64,000 bases of DNA from Chrysomallon squamiferum (Eukaryota; Animalia; Mollusca). The DNA lies in the NCBI GenBank assembly GCA_012295275.1, contig CM022674.1, positions 8,556,001 to 8,620,000 of the forward strand, written 5' to 3'. The notes beneath the pieces are model-generated. The model saw nothing but the letters and a program-made list of their open reading frames with translations, searched no databases and was not told where the DNA came from. The position numbers were made by a program, and so were the translations under genes. Of the stretch, positions 1 through 47,774 are shown one piece after another; within the stretch, counting starts at the first letter, position 1, and the number at the start of each line of letters is the position of its first letter.

Positions 1-1307
1 GTGTCAATGTTGGAAAAATTAGTTGATTTGGTAACTTTGACGAGCGTATATATATATATTTTTTTTTAAGAACACAAAAAAAAGAAGAAAAAGAAACTAT
101 CGTAACAAAATCCTGAGTAAAAAACTTTGTAACAAGGAGTAAACCTAAACTGCGGTGTATTGGTTGACCCCATTAATCCTGCAATCATTAATCTGGCTCC
201 TTCACTAATCCGGCAAAATTTATCTAGCATAATTTCTCATTTTCCAGATCAGTGCCGTGCCAGGCTATTGTATTTGCTTATGTTTAACGAGCCGCACTTT
301 TCTTTTCCTTTATAACGAAACTGTTTCATCGCGCGCATTATAAATAAATATATATGAATAACAAAATTGTACATTGCTGAATATTCAATACGGGCATTAT
401 TAAGTATTATCATACTTGTTTAAACTTTTCCTTTATTGACAAATCATATAATTAGACTGGTAGTCGTGCGTAACTGAATTACAGTACTTTATTTATTTAT
501 TTATTTATTTAATGAATCAGTCAGCTAATCTAATAGAAAGATTCTCAGCAGAAGACTTTATTTCAGCCAGTGTAAATTCCCGTTAATTAAGGATACAATT
601 CAACCGGACACGTTTAATTAATTATTTGATTTTGAATAACTGGGGTCAATTCGACTTTCACGCTCAAGTTTTCTTTTATGTCTTTATATGGGCGATAACC
701 CCGACTATATTCTAGTTGTAGCTATACATTATTATTGCCCTTTGAGTTCCAACCAAGTAGTATTTTATTTTGTTTAGAAAAAACTACTGTTATTAGTTGT
801 AGAATTAATAATATTAGGTTGTCTTTCGGATTACCGTGAACACTTAGTCACATATTATGAACAACAACTATTATTATTATTGTACAAATAGCACTATTGT
901 CTGCTACTACTACTACTACTGTACTGTCATTTATACCGCCAAGACCACAAGACCACTGTTATTTTTACAATTTAGAATAATTTTGTTTTTTCGAAATTAT
1001 TTCTTACGATCTGTGACACTACTATAACAACTAACATTATATCACTTCTACTATATTATCAAAAAGCAGTATGAATCAAACGAAATTGAGAGAGTAAAGA
1101 AAAGACGAGGTTGAGCCTGTAAATAAACACCGTTAAATTGTGAAGTTTACATTATTGCTAAAACAATTTTTAGCACTGAAATTTAATTCTAAAGATACCC
1201 CTAAACCATTGCATCATTAGAGAGATACTTGTTTTTACAGAACTTTTTTAAATTTCTTTTTATATTTTAAAATTACTTGTTTAAATTTTGTTCACTGTTT
1301 TTTTATT

Positions 1308-1372
<65 letters not shown>

Positions 1373-3129
1373 GAACTATAAATTGTTGTCAGTTAATATA
1401 AACAGAGTAGTTCACTATTAATAGCAGCGAAGCGCCACCTACGTCGTCCGAAATATTAAAAAAATTATATTGAATAAAATCACCTGTTCTGAAACAACGC
1501 CGCACGATTGTATAATTTCAACGACAGATGCCATTCATCGGCTTTTGAAGCTACTCGCATCTGCCAACGTGGGTAATTTTTTGCGCTGCTGGCGGCAGCA
1601 ACGGTAACATTTTACGATCTCGCCGAAGTTTCGTATCTGTTTATTTCGCTCCAAAGCACGTGGAAAATCTATCACCGCGTTACTTTTTTCGCTATATTGT
1701 ACGCCATTATACACACATAAAAAGGAACAGACATTAGCCAGCATCGAGCAGTTAAAACTGGAGATGTGAATTTTAGTATGTGGTCTCGATTTGTTTTAAC
1801 CTTTACTAATAAACTCCGTGCAGGGTCTAGCATTTTCGTCTTGAAATATCGAGAATCGGCAGACGATAATTTTTTTCGTAGATCAATTTTACACCCCATA
1901 AATATTTCAGCGTAGAATATAACTATTTATAGGATTGTCGTTGGTGCTTTAACTATTTTCTCCATAAAAAAGGCAAACAACCTAAAGCCTTCAAGAACAT
2001 ACAAGATAACCAGATTAAAGGTTGATAGTATTAACACGAACCCCGATGTTGTAAGTACATTTTCATGGACAATATAAATCAACGCACAGCAGGAGAACCA
2101 CTTTTATTTATGCACAGGAAATTTCAATAGAGTTAAAGTGCCTGAAGAAATTTAACAGATCAAAGTAGATGATGCAACTTCAGTTTTGCAAACTTTAAAT
2201 ACAAGTATCCTATTTCGTATGTCTTTATACGTTAGTTACGTCAGAGGGTATGAGAACGGCTCTGTGTGTGTTATTTTTCTCATTATTATTATTATTACTT
2301 CTTTTAATAATGATGAATTTTTTGTTGATGTTCTAGTAAAGTCATATGTCAATTGCACTAATTGTAGTAGGAGCAGCAGCAGTAGCAGTAGCAGTTGTAA
2401 TTTTTGTTTAGAATTTAGTAATAGTCAGTTTTATTGTTATCTTGATAAATTTAAATCCATGTTATAAATATTTTATAAAAAACAAAAAAAAAAAAGAAGA
2501 AGATATTTGAATAATGCTCATCTGATAATAATTAATTTGGAATGTGTGTTCTAAACAGAAAAATAAATCGTTAATTTTATTATTTCTTTTATCTTTAGGT
2601 TTTCAGTTTCAAAATTTCAACTTTCTGAAATATTATCTTATTTTATATTTTTTATTTTATATTTGTTCTTTGACTGTGAAATAGGAAAAACCATTCTAAA
2701 GTTTCTACAGTGTAATTTTACTGATTCTGTCTAAAAATAAACGTCCACTAATTTAAATTGGAGAGATAATAAAAAGAGTTCCACTGCAGATAAGAAAGCA
2801 GGAAGAATATTTTACAAATGCGAACTTTTGTACCCGCCATTAAATTATCAGACGAATAATAAACATCGTCCTCCACTTGGCTCAAACAAGCACTAAAAAC
2901 TTTCAAGTAGGACTTGATAGTGTTTTCTCTACGACACTTATGCGATGAACTAACGACATCAGCTTTCCGTGGAAACACTTGGTTCTCTAAAGTAAAAGTC
3001 TGTTAGGAAACTTAAAGCTGGCTGGCGTTTGCTTCATAACACTTCCGAGGAACATAAATCAGTGAATGGGCAAGCTGAGGATCATGTGAGTCTTACTGTC
3101 TTACACTTGTTAAACTCGAGAAAGACTCA

Positions 3130-3161
<32 letters not shown>

Positions 3162-4366
3162 GAAAAAAGGAAGAAAGAAAGCAGAAGACGAAGAAGAAGA
3201 AGAAGAAGAAAGCAATAGACTATGGAACAGAACACAGGTTAAGTGATATTACTAAAATAGTAAATGACATCGGAATATATAAATGTTATACTAAGCATTA
3301 TTTTTCGACAAAAAACTTACTCCGAGACAAATACGGAAATGGTTCAGATTTTATTATAATTAGTGATACCTGTGTTAGATGTTATTTTTCCACTTCTCGG
3401 TATCTGCTACCACATTATCAACGGATAAAATACGTCTCGTGTATTTTCACTTAATATTTGGTCAGCAAACTGCAAAGGCAACAAATCAATAAATTAACTG
3501 AAGTGTAGTGAAACTTTCTCAAAGACAATTTTCTGCGAACAGTGAACGATTTTAAATTTCCTCTTACATAATTGTCCAAAAAATGCATTCACGCAGAAAT
3601 AGAGACCCAAATACGCACGATATAACATTGATTAGACAATTTTCTTAGCTTTCAAAATATACATGTATATACTAACTTAACATTATGAAAACTAATTAAA
3701 AATTAAAAATATGTTTTTGAATATTAAACGATTACATTCAAACAAAAACACATTTTAAAAAAGAAAAGAGATTATTGCACTGTCGCCTATTTATTTATAA
3801 CATGAATAGACAGAGGCTCGCTGAATAACGATTTGGTGTTATTTTCGCTACCTCAGGTCTTAAATTTCCAAATACAGAGAAGTCTTCGCAATTAATAAAT
3901 AATATTATTCGCTTTAAACAAAAATAAATTTAACGGATTCCAAAAGATTTGTAATATCACACTGCAGACCTTTCCGTTTTTAGGCTGAGTTAGTTGTGTA
4001 AATACAAGTTTGGAAAAACAAAGCGGAACACGAAATGTCGGATATCCAGAATACTCGGGTGAGTCAAGGGTTCATCTAAAAACTGCTCTGATTGCAGGTG
4101 TGGTTTCGGATTCGTGTAAAAAACATCTCGATGTTTCGATTACATTAAAGAATGCTTTTTACCAAGTCTGTGCATTCCACTACAATGCCAAAGTCGCGTT
4201 TTCTGACGAGTGGTCGCCCGCGGACATGTTAACACGTGATTTAATGGCGCCACCTATCAGTCGTCGACTAGTTTCTTATAGGACGAGTTGCCAGAGAGTT
4301 AGTTCATTTGTATTCGTTACAGTACATCACAAAACAATTTAAAAAAAAAAATAACAGTGCTGATCT

Positions 4367-4480
4367 GTATGTGTATGTATGTATGTATGTGTATGTATGT
4401 ATGTATGTATGTATGTATGTATGTATGTATGTATGTATGTATGTATGTATGTATGTATGTATGTATGTATGTATGTATGT
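4367..4480. repeat. (TATG)n microsatellite
   Basis: Read directly. A second tract lies at about 5497-5582. Confidence 0.95.
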
Positions 4481-6481
4481 ACTTATGTGCTTATGTATAA
4501 ATGTATTATTTTTATGTATAATGTCAGTTTGTGTTTCATTGTCTGAGTGTACGAAAGTATTAAAATACGGTCTCGTTCTCTGTCCGCCAATTTAATAAAC
4601 ATGTTAAAATAAATTAATAATAGTGATTTTAACGCAACTTACTTAATTTTATTTTATTTGTTTGTTTGTGTGTTTGTTTTTAAATAGTTTTACTCATTTT
4701 AACCTGAATGTATTTACACTTGGATGTATCGTTCATATTGTGAAAATGGATATCCATGGTATCTGGTTTCACATTGTCAACTATTTAAAAAGTAATGAAA
4801 AAGCCATAATAGTTATGTAGTTAAATACATATATTAAAAAAAAGCAAAAAAAAAAAAAAAGCAATGAAATTTGTAACGAAAATAAAAAAATAAATTAACT
4901 TTTTTATTAAAATGATTTTTCATACGGTGAAGAAACACGTGCTGGTAGAAACACGCCCCAATCCCAGATTAAAACGTTAAGTAGGGCTCGGTTACAAATT
5001 GGTCTATTCATACGTTTTAAAACACACAGTTATATTAAATAGCTATTTCTCGCCGACAGCGCCAGTGCTGATTGTTTCCGCTATTTACATCAGTTATTTC
5101 ACGACCAGCTCTGTGTAAATTGCACATAAGACAGAAAACAGAAAACACAAATGACAGTACAATGATAACTCCATTGTTGATGCCACTCGATATTCATTTC
5201 TAGACGCCGGTTCTGTCGTAGTTCCAATCTGCTTTAAGTTTAATTAATCCTCAAATTTTTTGAAATGAGATAGAGCATTCTAAGATTTTGACCGTAACTA
5301 TAGTTCACAGTATTCATTAGTATTTATACACGTGTATTTAAACTATATCTATTCAGCATAATATCTAAGGATTATATGTCTAATGATATATCATTCCACA
5401 TTATTGTACCTCTCCGTAGTCTCTCAGATCTCTGTATCAGTTTATAGACTATAACTATACAACATAACGTATGTGTGTATGTGTGTGTATGTATCTATGT
5501 ATGTATGTATGTATGTATGTATGTATGTATGTATGTATGTATGTATGTATGTATGTATGTATGTATGTATGTATGTATGTATCATTCTCTGATAATATTT
5601 GAAGAACATCTATTCCTGCACAGTACATCTTGATATCTATGTATAAGCACTAAAGTTATCAATACCTATACAGAATATCTGTCTAAAGACTATATCTTTA
5701 ATAGATCATTCTCAACATCTCGGAACAAATCCCAAACAAGCAAAAAGTCAATATAAAGATATTTATTGCCATCAAACCCTGACATCAGACAAGAAGTTTA
5801 ATATTTAAGCAGTCTTAGTATTACAGAGATTTGTATATCGGGTAACCGAATTATCAAGCAACTATCTGCGCTCCAAAAAGGGCGGGACAGTTGAATAAGA
5901 AATGTAGGAATAAAGGAAGAAAGCTCAACAACTTGAATAATAATAATGATGATGATAATTATTATTATTATTATAACTACAACAACAATAACAATAATAA
6001 ATAGTGGTATTGGTAGCTGTAGTAGTTGTAATAGTAGTACCAGTGATAGGTTGCGGGTCTGTTATGAAACTGATGATGCCTAATCTCCAGGAGAGCCCCA
6101 GAAGCGACTTTAATCCACACTGATTGAAAAACGTTATCTCGGAGCTGTGTAAAATACAAACAGTATGGTGATCTTGCAAGAGGCTCACCTTGTTACAAAG
6201 GCGCTGTTAACAGTTCAAGCTTCACAGTCCCCAGTGAACAGTGGTAGTGACAACAGTAGCAACAGCAGCAACAGTAGTAACGGTAAATAACAATGATTAA
6301 AGTAATAAATAAATAAATAAATAAATAAATAATATAGTAATGGTAGAATTAGTAGCGATAATAATTTTATAATAATATTTGGTATGTGCAGGTTTTTCAC
6401 AACCGTTTTTATTCTTATATTGTTGTTGATTATATTATATATTATTATTTATATGTTTGTAATAATAATAATAATAAATAA

Positions 6482-6532
<51 letters not shown>

Positions 6533-7959
6533 AAAACGAAATATTTATATGGTCATATTTTTTTATTAATGTCAAAAGACTCAGTCGCTCTATACAGTTA
6601 CGAATTTTAATTTTTCTCTTTATTTGCGTGTTCCAGCTGATGTTCAAATTTAATAGTTCATAATAAAGACGTTATTCATCTTACCAAATAGAAGTTCAAA
6701 TTATTATAATTATTTTTTAAAGTGCTGTATTGTAAGTTATTTATACGAAAGTTTAACAAATATAAATTTTATTCTAAATATCAAACCAAGGTTTTTAAAA
6801 TTATTTCATTTAGCTCTTAATCATTCCCTGAAAACAAATTAATATTGCAGAAATGTTTATTTGTAGACGCCATACAGTCCCTTTTCTTGTGTATGGTCAC
6901 ACTGACGTACACGTAGTTGTATATACATATGCAATAAAAGACTATAATATATTCACATAATTCCAGGTTCTCTGTAGGGTCAGGCGACAGATCTTTATCA
7001 TAAAGTTCAAACAAAAATAATGAGAGGAGATAAATAGTTGCCGCTGAAGTTTAGTCTCGAATAAATACATTACAATGGAATGCCATTTTCAGTAATCCCT
7101 TGCCGGCAACGAGGCCTTCTCTTATGTTATTTATCAAGTTGACCCGATAGTTTCAAAGATAAAATATGCTTCATGTTAAAATGAAATCTTTGTGGCAAGC
7201 TTTTCAAACACCTAAAGTTATTATAGCGATGATAACCCAACTTCTACACTGCGCCGAAAATTATGTTGGTCTAAAAACCAGTGAAACAGATAGAACGAGT
7301 TTTCTAAAAGAAATATATTAGAAATTTTCTTTTATGAAATGCCATAAAATTCAATCCAGGCTTGTTGATAAAAGAATTTGTTTTTAAATTTTGTCTCTCC
7401 ACCATAAGACAGTTTGTCATAAAATATTAAAATGGTGTCTGTAGATCTTTTTTTTTTTTATCTTCTCTTTTCTCTGCTCCGTCGTGATTTTTTTTTTATC
7501 TTTTTTTTTTTAATTTTTTTTTTTTTTAAATGTATTTATATATTTATTTAACATAATAATAGTAATAGTTGCGGTGTTATTTTGATTTGTGTTGTTGTTG
7601 ATGTAGATATTGCATTCTCCTTGACATCATTGTTTGTTGTATTTGCTCAGTGTTTATCACCTGTTCTGTTCGACCAACATCTGCTTATTTCGTAATTTTT
7701 ATTATTTTTAGTTTTTAAATGAAATAATTAGCAAACAAGTTAGAACAAAATAAATTTGTTGTAGTTGTTTTATTTCAGAATTATAATACATGGGTTAATT
7801 TTGTGAATTCCTGTTTTCCTTTCATTCACGTTAATTCATTTTGATAGATATATATTTTTAAAATCTACTCCCTTTCAGCATATGCTTTATTATTGATAGT
7901 TAAAACATCTACGACAATAAATAATAATAATAATAATAACAGTAGTAGTAGTAGTAGTA

Positions 7960-7998
<39 letters not shown>

Positions 7999-9380
7999 GT
8001 AGTAGTAGGAGTAGTAGTAATAATAATAATAATTGTAATAATAATAATAAATTAATAAATAATGATAACAATGGGTTAAAAATAATAAAACATTAAACGA
8101 TTACAAAGAGTCATAAAATAAAAATGTTCAATTATTTTTTCTAGAATTATATTTTTTCTTTCTTTCTTTGTTTTTTAAATATCATTATGGGTCTAAGCAG
8201 TGGATTTTAAAACTGAAAAATAATAATTATGTTGTTTAACAGAAATAAATAAATATAAACAAATGCTATATTTATTAACTTAATATAAAATGGGACGTCG
8301 AAAAATTACTAAATAGTTGTTTATATATAATAAAATACCAAATAATAATAATAATTATAAAAAAATAAATAAATAAATAAATAAATGTAAAGTTTTAATT
8401 TTTTAATTTTTAATTTTAGATCCTATTTTATAATATGATTAATGTGGTTTTATATTACTGAAAGATAATTTACATGAGGTTTCTGACAGCAGTATGACGG
8501 GATATTTCATTAATCTCCTCTGGTTTTTTACACTCAGTAATACAGATAAAATATTTCCATTGTCGCCAATCAAAAGAGGTAAACAGTTGAAAATTTTAAA
8601 AACTGAAACACATTTCTCTTCTAAAATTATAACATCTGTTCCGCCTTTGTTCAACATTACAAAAACAAAACAAAAAAAACAACGACTATATAACATTGCA
8701 AAGATATCTAATCCTAACAAAAAACACTATCACAAAATTGCACAACGTTTTTTTTTTTTTTCTTTTGTTTGTTTGTTTGTTTTTGTTTTCTCCCCTAAAT
8801 CGTAATTAAAAAATGTAGCATACTGTTCAGCTAGAATGGAAACAAAAACTATAATACACCGTTTCCTTCTACAGCGATGATGAAAATGTACAACGCTTTT
8901 TCTATAATAAGGATCAAAATTATGGTACACCGTTTTGGGGTTTAGTAAGATTTTCAAACGATTAACAATTTATAGATTTCATACAAATTTAACAGCATTA
9001 ATCGTTTTCGTTTTTTGAAATTTTAATTAATTTAATTTAATTTAATTTAATTTAGATATTTATATACTGCTTCAATAGTAATGTCAAAAAATATAAGTTG
9101 ACTTTAATTTCCTATTTTATACTTAAAATTACTTAAGATTAATAATATTCACCATAATAATAATAATAATTATTATTATTTTTCATCTCAGACATCGTTT
9201 GAAATTCTTGCTTTAATTACATCTACCTAACAACATCAATAAATCCTTTCGGACATTTTCGGACATTTTCGGACGTTTGCAATTTCTTTCGAAACTCAGA
9301 ACATAACGACGCTAATATCGAGTTACGAAAATATAAAAGCTTCTTTAATCTATTATTAATAAGAATCTAATAATGTATGA

Positions 9381-9415
<35 letters not shown>

Positions 9416-9570
9416 AAGTAATATAATAAAAGAAATTAATTAAATGAAAATAAATAAATAACGATTATGAGAAACGTCCGCTATAAAAATAAATTTAAAA
9501 ATTAAAATTTTTTGAATCTTCTGAAATTATTTTTTATCTAATATAAATCATTGTTAACAAATACTGTTAT

Positions 9571-9576
9571 TTTATT
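9571..9576 (-). terminator. Candidate Wnt4 polyadenylation signal (AATAAA), implying a 3' UTR of about 1.2 kb
   Basis: tttatt on + equals AATAAA on -, at the end of a complex-sequence stretch downstream of the stop. AATAAA is common in this AT-rich DNA, so the call is weak. Confidence 0.3.
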
Positions 9577-10079
9577 ATAACAATATCTGTAAATACTTCA
9601 AAATATTGTCCATTTATACAGAGAGCAGAATACTCCCATCAAGGTTTCACTATACAGTAGAAATAAAGTATATTAGTTAACCGAAATCTGAACGAATATA
9701 TCGAAAGGTATTCGTATCTACAAGGCACAAACTGTACATATGTACAAAATGTAATAAATATGATCATAATACACATTTACAGATCTGACGTCACACTAGT
9801 AGTAACATTACATGAGGCATTGGTGTTGTTTTGCACATGCACAAACTTTCACTTCCGTTATATATATTTCATTTCATCGTTTCAAAAAGTTCCAAACTGT
9901 TTATCTTACATTCTCCACAAAAACGTGAACATTTCATACTCAAAGTCATTCTTAATAATGTGATTATTACCTTCAATGTAAAAGTTGTTTAAAAAACAAC
10001 AACAAAAAGCATTTAATATTAATAAAAATAAAAAAAATAAAAGAAGTAAATACAAAAGAAAAATGTATTTAAACCTTAA

Positions 10080-10146
<67 letters not shown>

Positions 10147-10751
10147 CACCAAATGGGACTAAGGTTCAACTGGATTTTTATTTTTGTATTCATTATTCAG
10201 TTTTGTATAGGTCAGTTTCAAACAAAGTATCTCTGAACTAGTCATGTATGCAAATTATTTTAACCTTTCCACTGTCAAACTGAACAATGTTGAAAATGAT
10301 AAATACTAACTGACACATTTATATTTATGTAAATTTTAAACTCGGCAAAGCAAATGAATTAGAATTTTTTTGGTTGCCACATATTTTGGTATTTTTCCTT
10401 ATTATCGATTTAAAATATACACATTTTACTCTAATTTTAGTATTTTTCATTATTATTAATATTTTGTTTATAACGTTTCTTCTTATTTAGGTTGATCTAA
10501 ATGGTTTACATATATTAACATTATGAATGGAGAGAACAGTGTTTATAACAAACGTATCATCAGAGAACATCTTTCACATTTCAGTTGGTTCCAGTTTCAC
10601 TATTCTCACGTGTTCTTTTCTCACTTCCACGGGTCATCTTTTGTTATTTGTTGCCCCCAGTTAGTCCCCCTCCCTTGTTTACGAGGGTACGTGGGAGGGA
10701 CAGGGGCCACGTTTATTTACTACTAGTGCCCGAATAAGTCACATGGAGCTC

Positions 10752-43778
<33,027 letters not shown>

Positions 43779-44300
43779 GTCGCGAGTCCTCAGTCAGCTG
43801 TCTACAGACAATGTTTCTGCAGACTCCGTCAGTAGGGCTCGAAAGTATCCTTGTCGTTCTCCCAAATAATTTCCTGATTTTTCGGTTTTCCTGTCTGCAA
43901 GATCCCATAGAATCGGTTGATGCGCAAATGTCGAACGATTAGCATTTTTGAAATCACATGAGCCACTTTTCTGTGGCCAAGGTGGCATATAGGTAAACCG
44001 CGCCGCTTTCCTTTTTCACGAGTTTTATTCCAATGATAGGACGCTGGAATTCCCGGCGGGATGACACTAGCGTAGTAAATTTCTCCCAGGGGAACAGACA
44101 AGAAAAACCCGTCTAGTACCCATAGCCTCCAGCTCTGTTTACTACTGGTTCCGCCTCTCGCCAAATACCGCATCGATGTAAGATTTCCATCAATCGCATT
44201 GCGGCCTTTTCTCTGGCTCCGCCTCTCCGCGTGCAGTGAAGCTCGCGCATCTTCACGTGAGCAGAACAGCGCGTGGACAGCAGATGTCACACTAATTCAA
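43779..44300 (-). promoter_or_regulatory. Wnt4 5' UTR / proximal promoter, CpG-rich
   Basis: GC- and CpG-rich block directly upstream of the Wnt4 ATG. It contains two GAGGCGGA GC-box-like motifs (about 44149-44157 and 44217-44225) and a palindromic TCACGTGA E-box (44253-44260). The TSS cannot be fixed from sequence alone. Confidence 0.6.
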
Positions 44301-44769
44301 ACCTTTAATTTTTCACTCAGAAGTCAATCCCGAACTAACTCGTAAAATGACTCCCTTCACTCAAATGTTGAGAATAAACTCGATAATAGGGAGAAAAATA
44401 ATAATCTTCATCATGAGTTTTAAAAAAGTTTTGACTTAAAAGCGAACAACTCGACACTTCAATCAAATATTAATTTTTCATTTTGAAAGCCATCCGTTAT
44501 CGGTAAACGCATGTCAGATATAACAATGAGTTTTGTAAAGCAGTCGACAGTATCAACAAGAAAAACCTGACATGTATTGCGTTGTCAAACAACTCTGTAT
44601 TAATTACACACGATATACATTTTCTTGTTAAGTGATAACTAAAAAGAAAGTACCGTAATACTTATTGTTGTATGTGGAATTTGTAAAATGTGTTTTGTTT
44701 TTTATAGAGTTATTTTGTTATTGATTTTATATATAGTTATTTTACTTATTTTATTTTATTTTTTATATT

Positions 44770-44826
<57 letters not shown>

Positions 44827-46289
44827 TAAAAATGCATTTATTTATTTATTTATACAGTTCGGGTTTTTTCTGCTTGTCAGACGACTTACATCGACACTTA
44901 TTGCACTGTCACGGAGCTGGCAGTTTAAGGCCTGACCCGTCACTCCAGTATGGAATGATTTTAAGTCAGAGGTCTGTTTTTATTTCCATTCATCAACGTC
45001 AACGACGTTACTACTTTCAATATAACAGTGGACGTCGTGTGTTTGGCAATATCAAAATAATATAGAATGACGTGTTTGGTAGTAATACTTGTTGTTTGCA
45101 ATACTTGTTTTTTTTTTTTTTATCTCATTCGATATATTTAATTGTATGTGTCGACATCTTTATAAGTCAGTTTATTTGCAGTTAAAAAACAAAAAATTGT
45201 ACGGGGATATTTTTGTTGTTTTCATTTTACCCCTCTCTCTCTGTTTCTTTTAGTTTTTATTACTTTATATTTTAATTTTATGAAATGAAACTATTGTTTT
45301 TTAGCATATTAACTTACACTTTATTCTGCTACAAATAAAAAAAATCAGTTACTAAATTTGTAAAATAAATAATTTAATAAATAAAAATTAATAATAAATA
45401 AATAAATAAATACACCAAATAAATAAATTTAAGACGTTTTCCAAATTATTATTAATATATATATTTTTTAATATAAAATAGCTAATTAATTTTTGTAGAA
45501 AATAAAAATTTACTCTACAATACAAAATACTAATTTGAAAACTGAAATAAACCTACTAGTTTTTAACATTCAGAAAACAATGAATAAAAATAAAACAGTT
45601 GTCAACTAAACTTTAAGCCTTAAATAAAAACTTGTACTTAAACACGTATGAACAATAAAAACAACACATTTGTAATCTGTTTGCCTAGAAGGTAGAAAAA
45701 CTCTCTCCTGACTGGACTGACTTATTAACGTCAGATTTTTTGTTTCCACTTAAGTACTCGCTTTTATCTCTGACACGAAAACAACAAAAAAATCTCACAT
45801 TTGACACTTTCAATGATTGCATGTCTAATCCACGCAGAGTGGCCGAACAATCACTTAGAAATCTACACCATGCTGTGTTTGTATATAGGTAGGTAAATAA
45901 ATTAATTTCTAGACGCGTTAATTACACATCAGAATGCAAATAGGTAATGATATATAAATATAGCTGCATATAATAAAATTCTGTTTTATTGTTTTCTGTA
46001 TAAAATATCCATAAAGAGAAAATTGTAAAAAACATTAGAATAAAATAAAATAAAAAATTAATTACTGACGATTTCAAAATATTACGTGTCCGAATTTCGG
46101 TATCTGAGTGGAAAGTTAAACTGAAAATATTTAATATGAATTATTAGCTTTGTAGAAAACCACACACACTATTTTACAGCGTTGAAATGTTTTTAATTTC
46201 TTAGTATGTAAACTCAAAAAAAACATTAAAAAATTGAAATTTGTTTTAGATTTTGTTAGGATGTAAGTAAAAATTATTTATTATTTTAG

Positions 46290-46420
46290 GTGTTGAAAAG
46301 TTTTAGTTTTTGGGGATACAACTAAAATATAGATATATATACTGTTTTACAGTGTTGAAAAGTTTTAGTATTTGGGGATATAACTAAAATATAGATATAT
46401 ATACTGTTTTACGCTGTTGA
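46290..46420. repeat. 62-bp tandem duplication (2+ copies, degenerate flanks)
   Basis: gtgttgaaaagttttagt.tttggggata.aactaaaatatagatatatatactgttttac starts at 46290 and 46352. Confidence 0.85.
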
Positions 46421-46750
46421 ACATTTGGTAATTTGTTAGGACGTAGCTAAGTAAATTTAAAATAATAAAACATAAATTACAGATGTGTTTCTGCTGTGAA
46501 TTGTGATTCACAGTTATGAGTCAGTGCGGATGTTGTTTATCAGACATAATCAACATGAAATTTTGTGTTTTTAGACAGATAACCACGTTTGTCTGAACAG
46601 ATAATAATTCATTTATTTCATCTGTGACCCATGTTTCATATACAAGTATACTGTAACTGGTTATATATACTCAAAAAGAAAATTAAAATCTAGATATATA
46701 TGCTACTAGTACCACTATTTTTACTATTACTATTAGTGCTTTTACTGAGG

Positions 46751-46803
<53 letters not shown>

Positions 46804-47356
46804 CTATTATAAATGTAGTACAAAATAACAAATTTTAAACTTTTGATCTTAAAATGCTGTCCTGATTTTCAATTTATATTATTTATTTATTTATTTATAA
46901 GCTTCACGGTCAGTTATGAGAATATTAAGAATCTAAAATTTCATTGATGAAATCACCGATTACGGAAGAATACATCAACACAGTTAGTATTTCTCTGATG
47001 TACTTTCCACCACTTTGAATGGCAGCACTACCAATTAAGACTAAAACTAGGACAGTCTATTCGTGCCAGAAGAGAAAGTGTGTTAGAGATAAAACAGAAA
47101 CCCGACTATCAGACAGCCATTGAGACATGCGACAACAGTGACAATGTTTGGCCTGCCGATGATCAATGGCGTCTGAATAATCCAGTCTGTTATGGGGTAA
47201 GCCGTCGACAACAGGCTGCTCGGCCACTGGATTAGCGTGTTGATCTTCCGCTGGAGAGGATAAGAAACCACAAAGACGTCTGTGACATCGCTTCTCATCC
47301 TACGACAGTGACGTCGTCTGCATCTGTCTTTTTTGTCATTGTTTCATTTTTCGAAA

Positions 47357-47420
<64 letters not shown>

Positions 47421-47698
47421 TTTATAATGCAGCCGTGAAGACAACGACACTGATAAACATCATTAACCACAATTTGTTTTATTGTTAAAAGAAAAATAAC
47501 ACAGCTAATAACAATGTGTACCCAGTGACCTCATTACCTTCAGGTGAGGTTCAGATATTAAGGGTCCACGAAAGCGTACTTCAACAAAAACTAGGCTAGT
47601 TTTTACTTAGTGGTAAGTTTTGTTTAATCAAAGAAAACGGCATTTCTTTTCTCAGCTAACAAGATGCAATCAAAAAATAGCCTAATTGTTGATCGTAA

Positions 47699-47774
<76 letters not shown>

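Noticed and set aside
3085-3160. 9-bp inverted repeat (gtgagtctt/aagactcac) followed by poly(A), like a retroposon 3' end
   Set aside because: No target-site duplication or second copy seen, and poly(A) runs are common in this window.
7865-10236. Poly-Leu, poly-Ile and poly-Asn ORFs (also 33763-34050, 43361-43747 and others)
   Set aside because: Artefacts of (AAT)n and (AGT)n microsatellites.
43829-44290. 153-aa ORF upstream of Wnt4
   Set aside because: GTG start, no recognisable domain, and explained by the GC-rich promoter composition.
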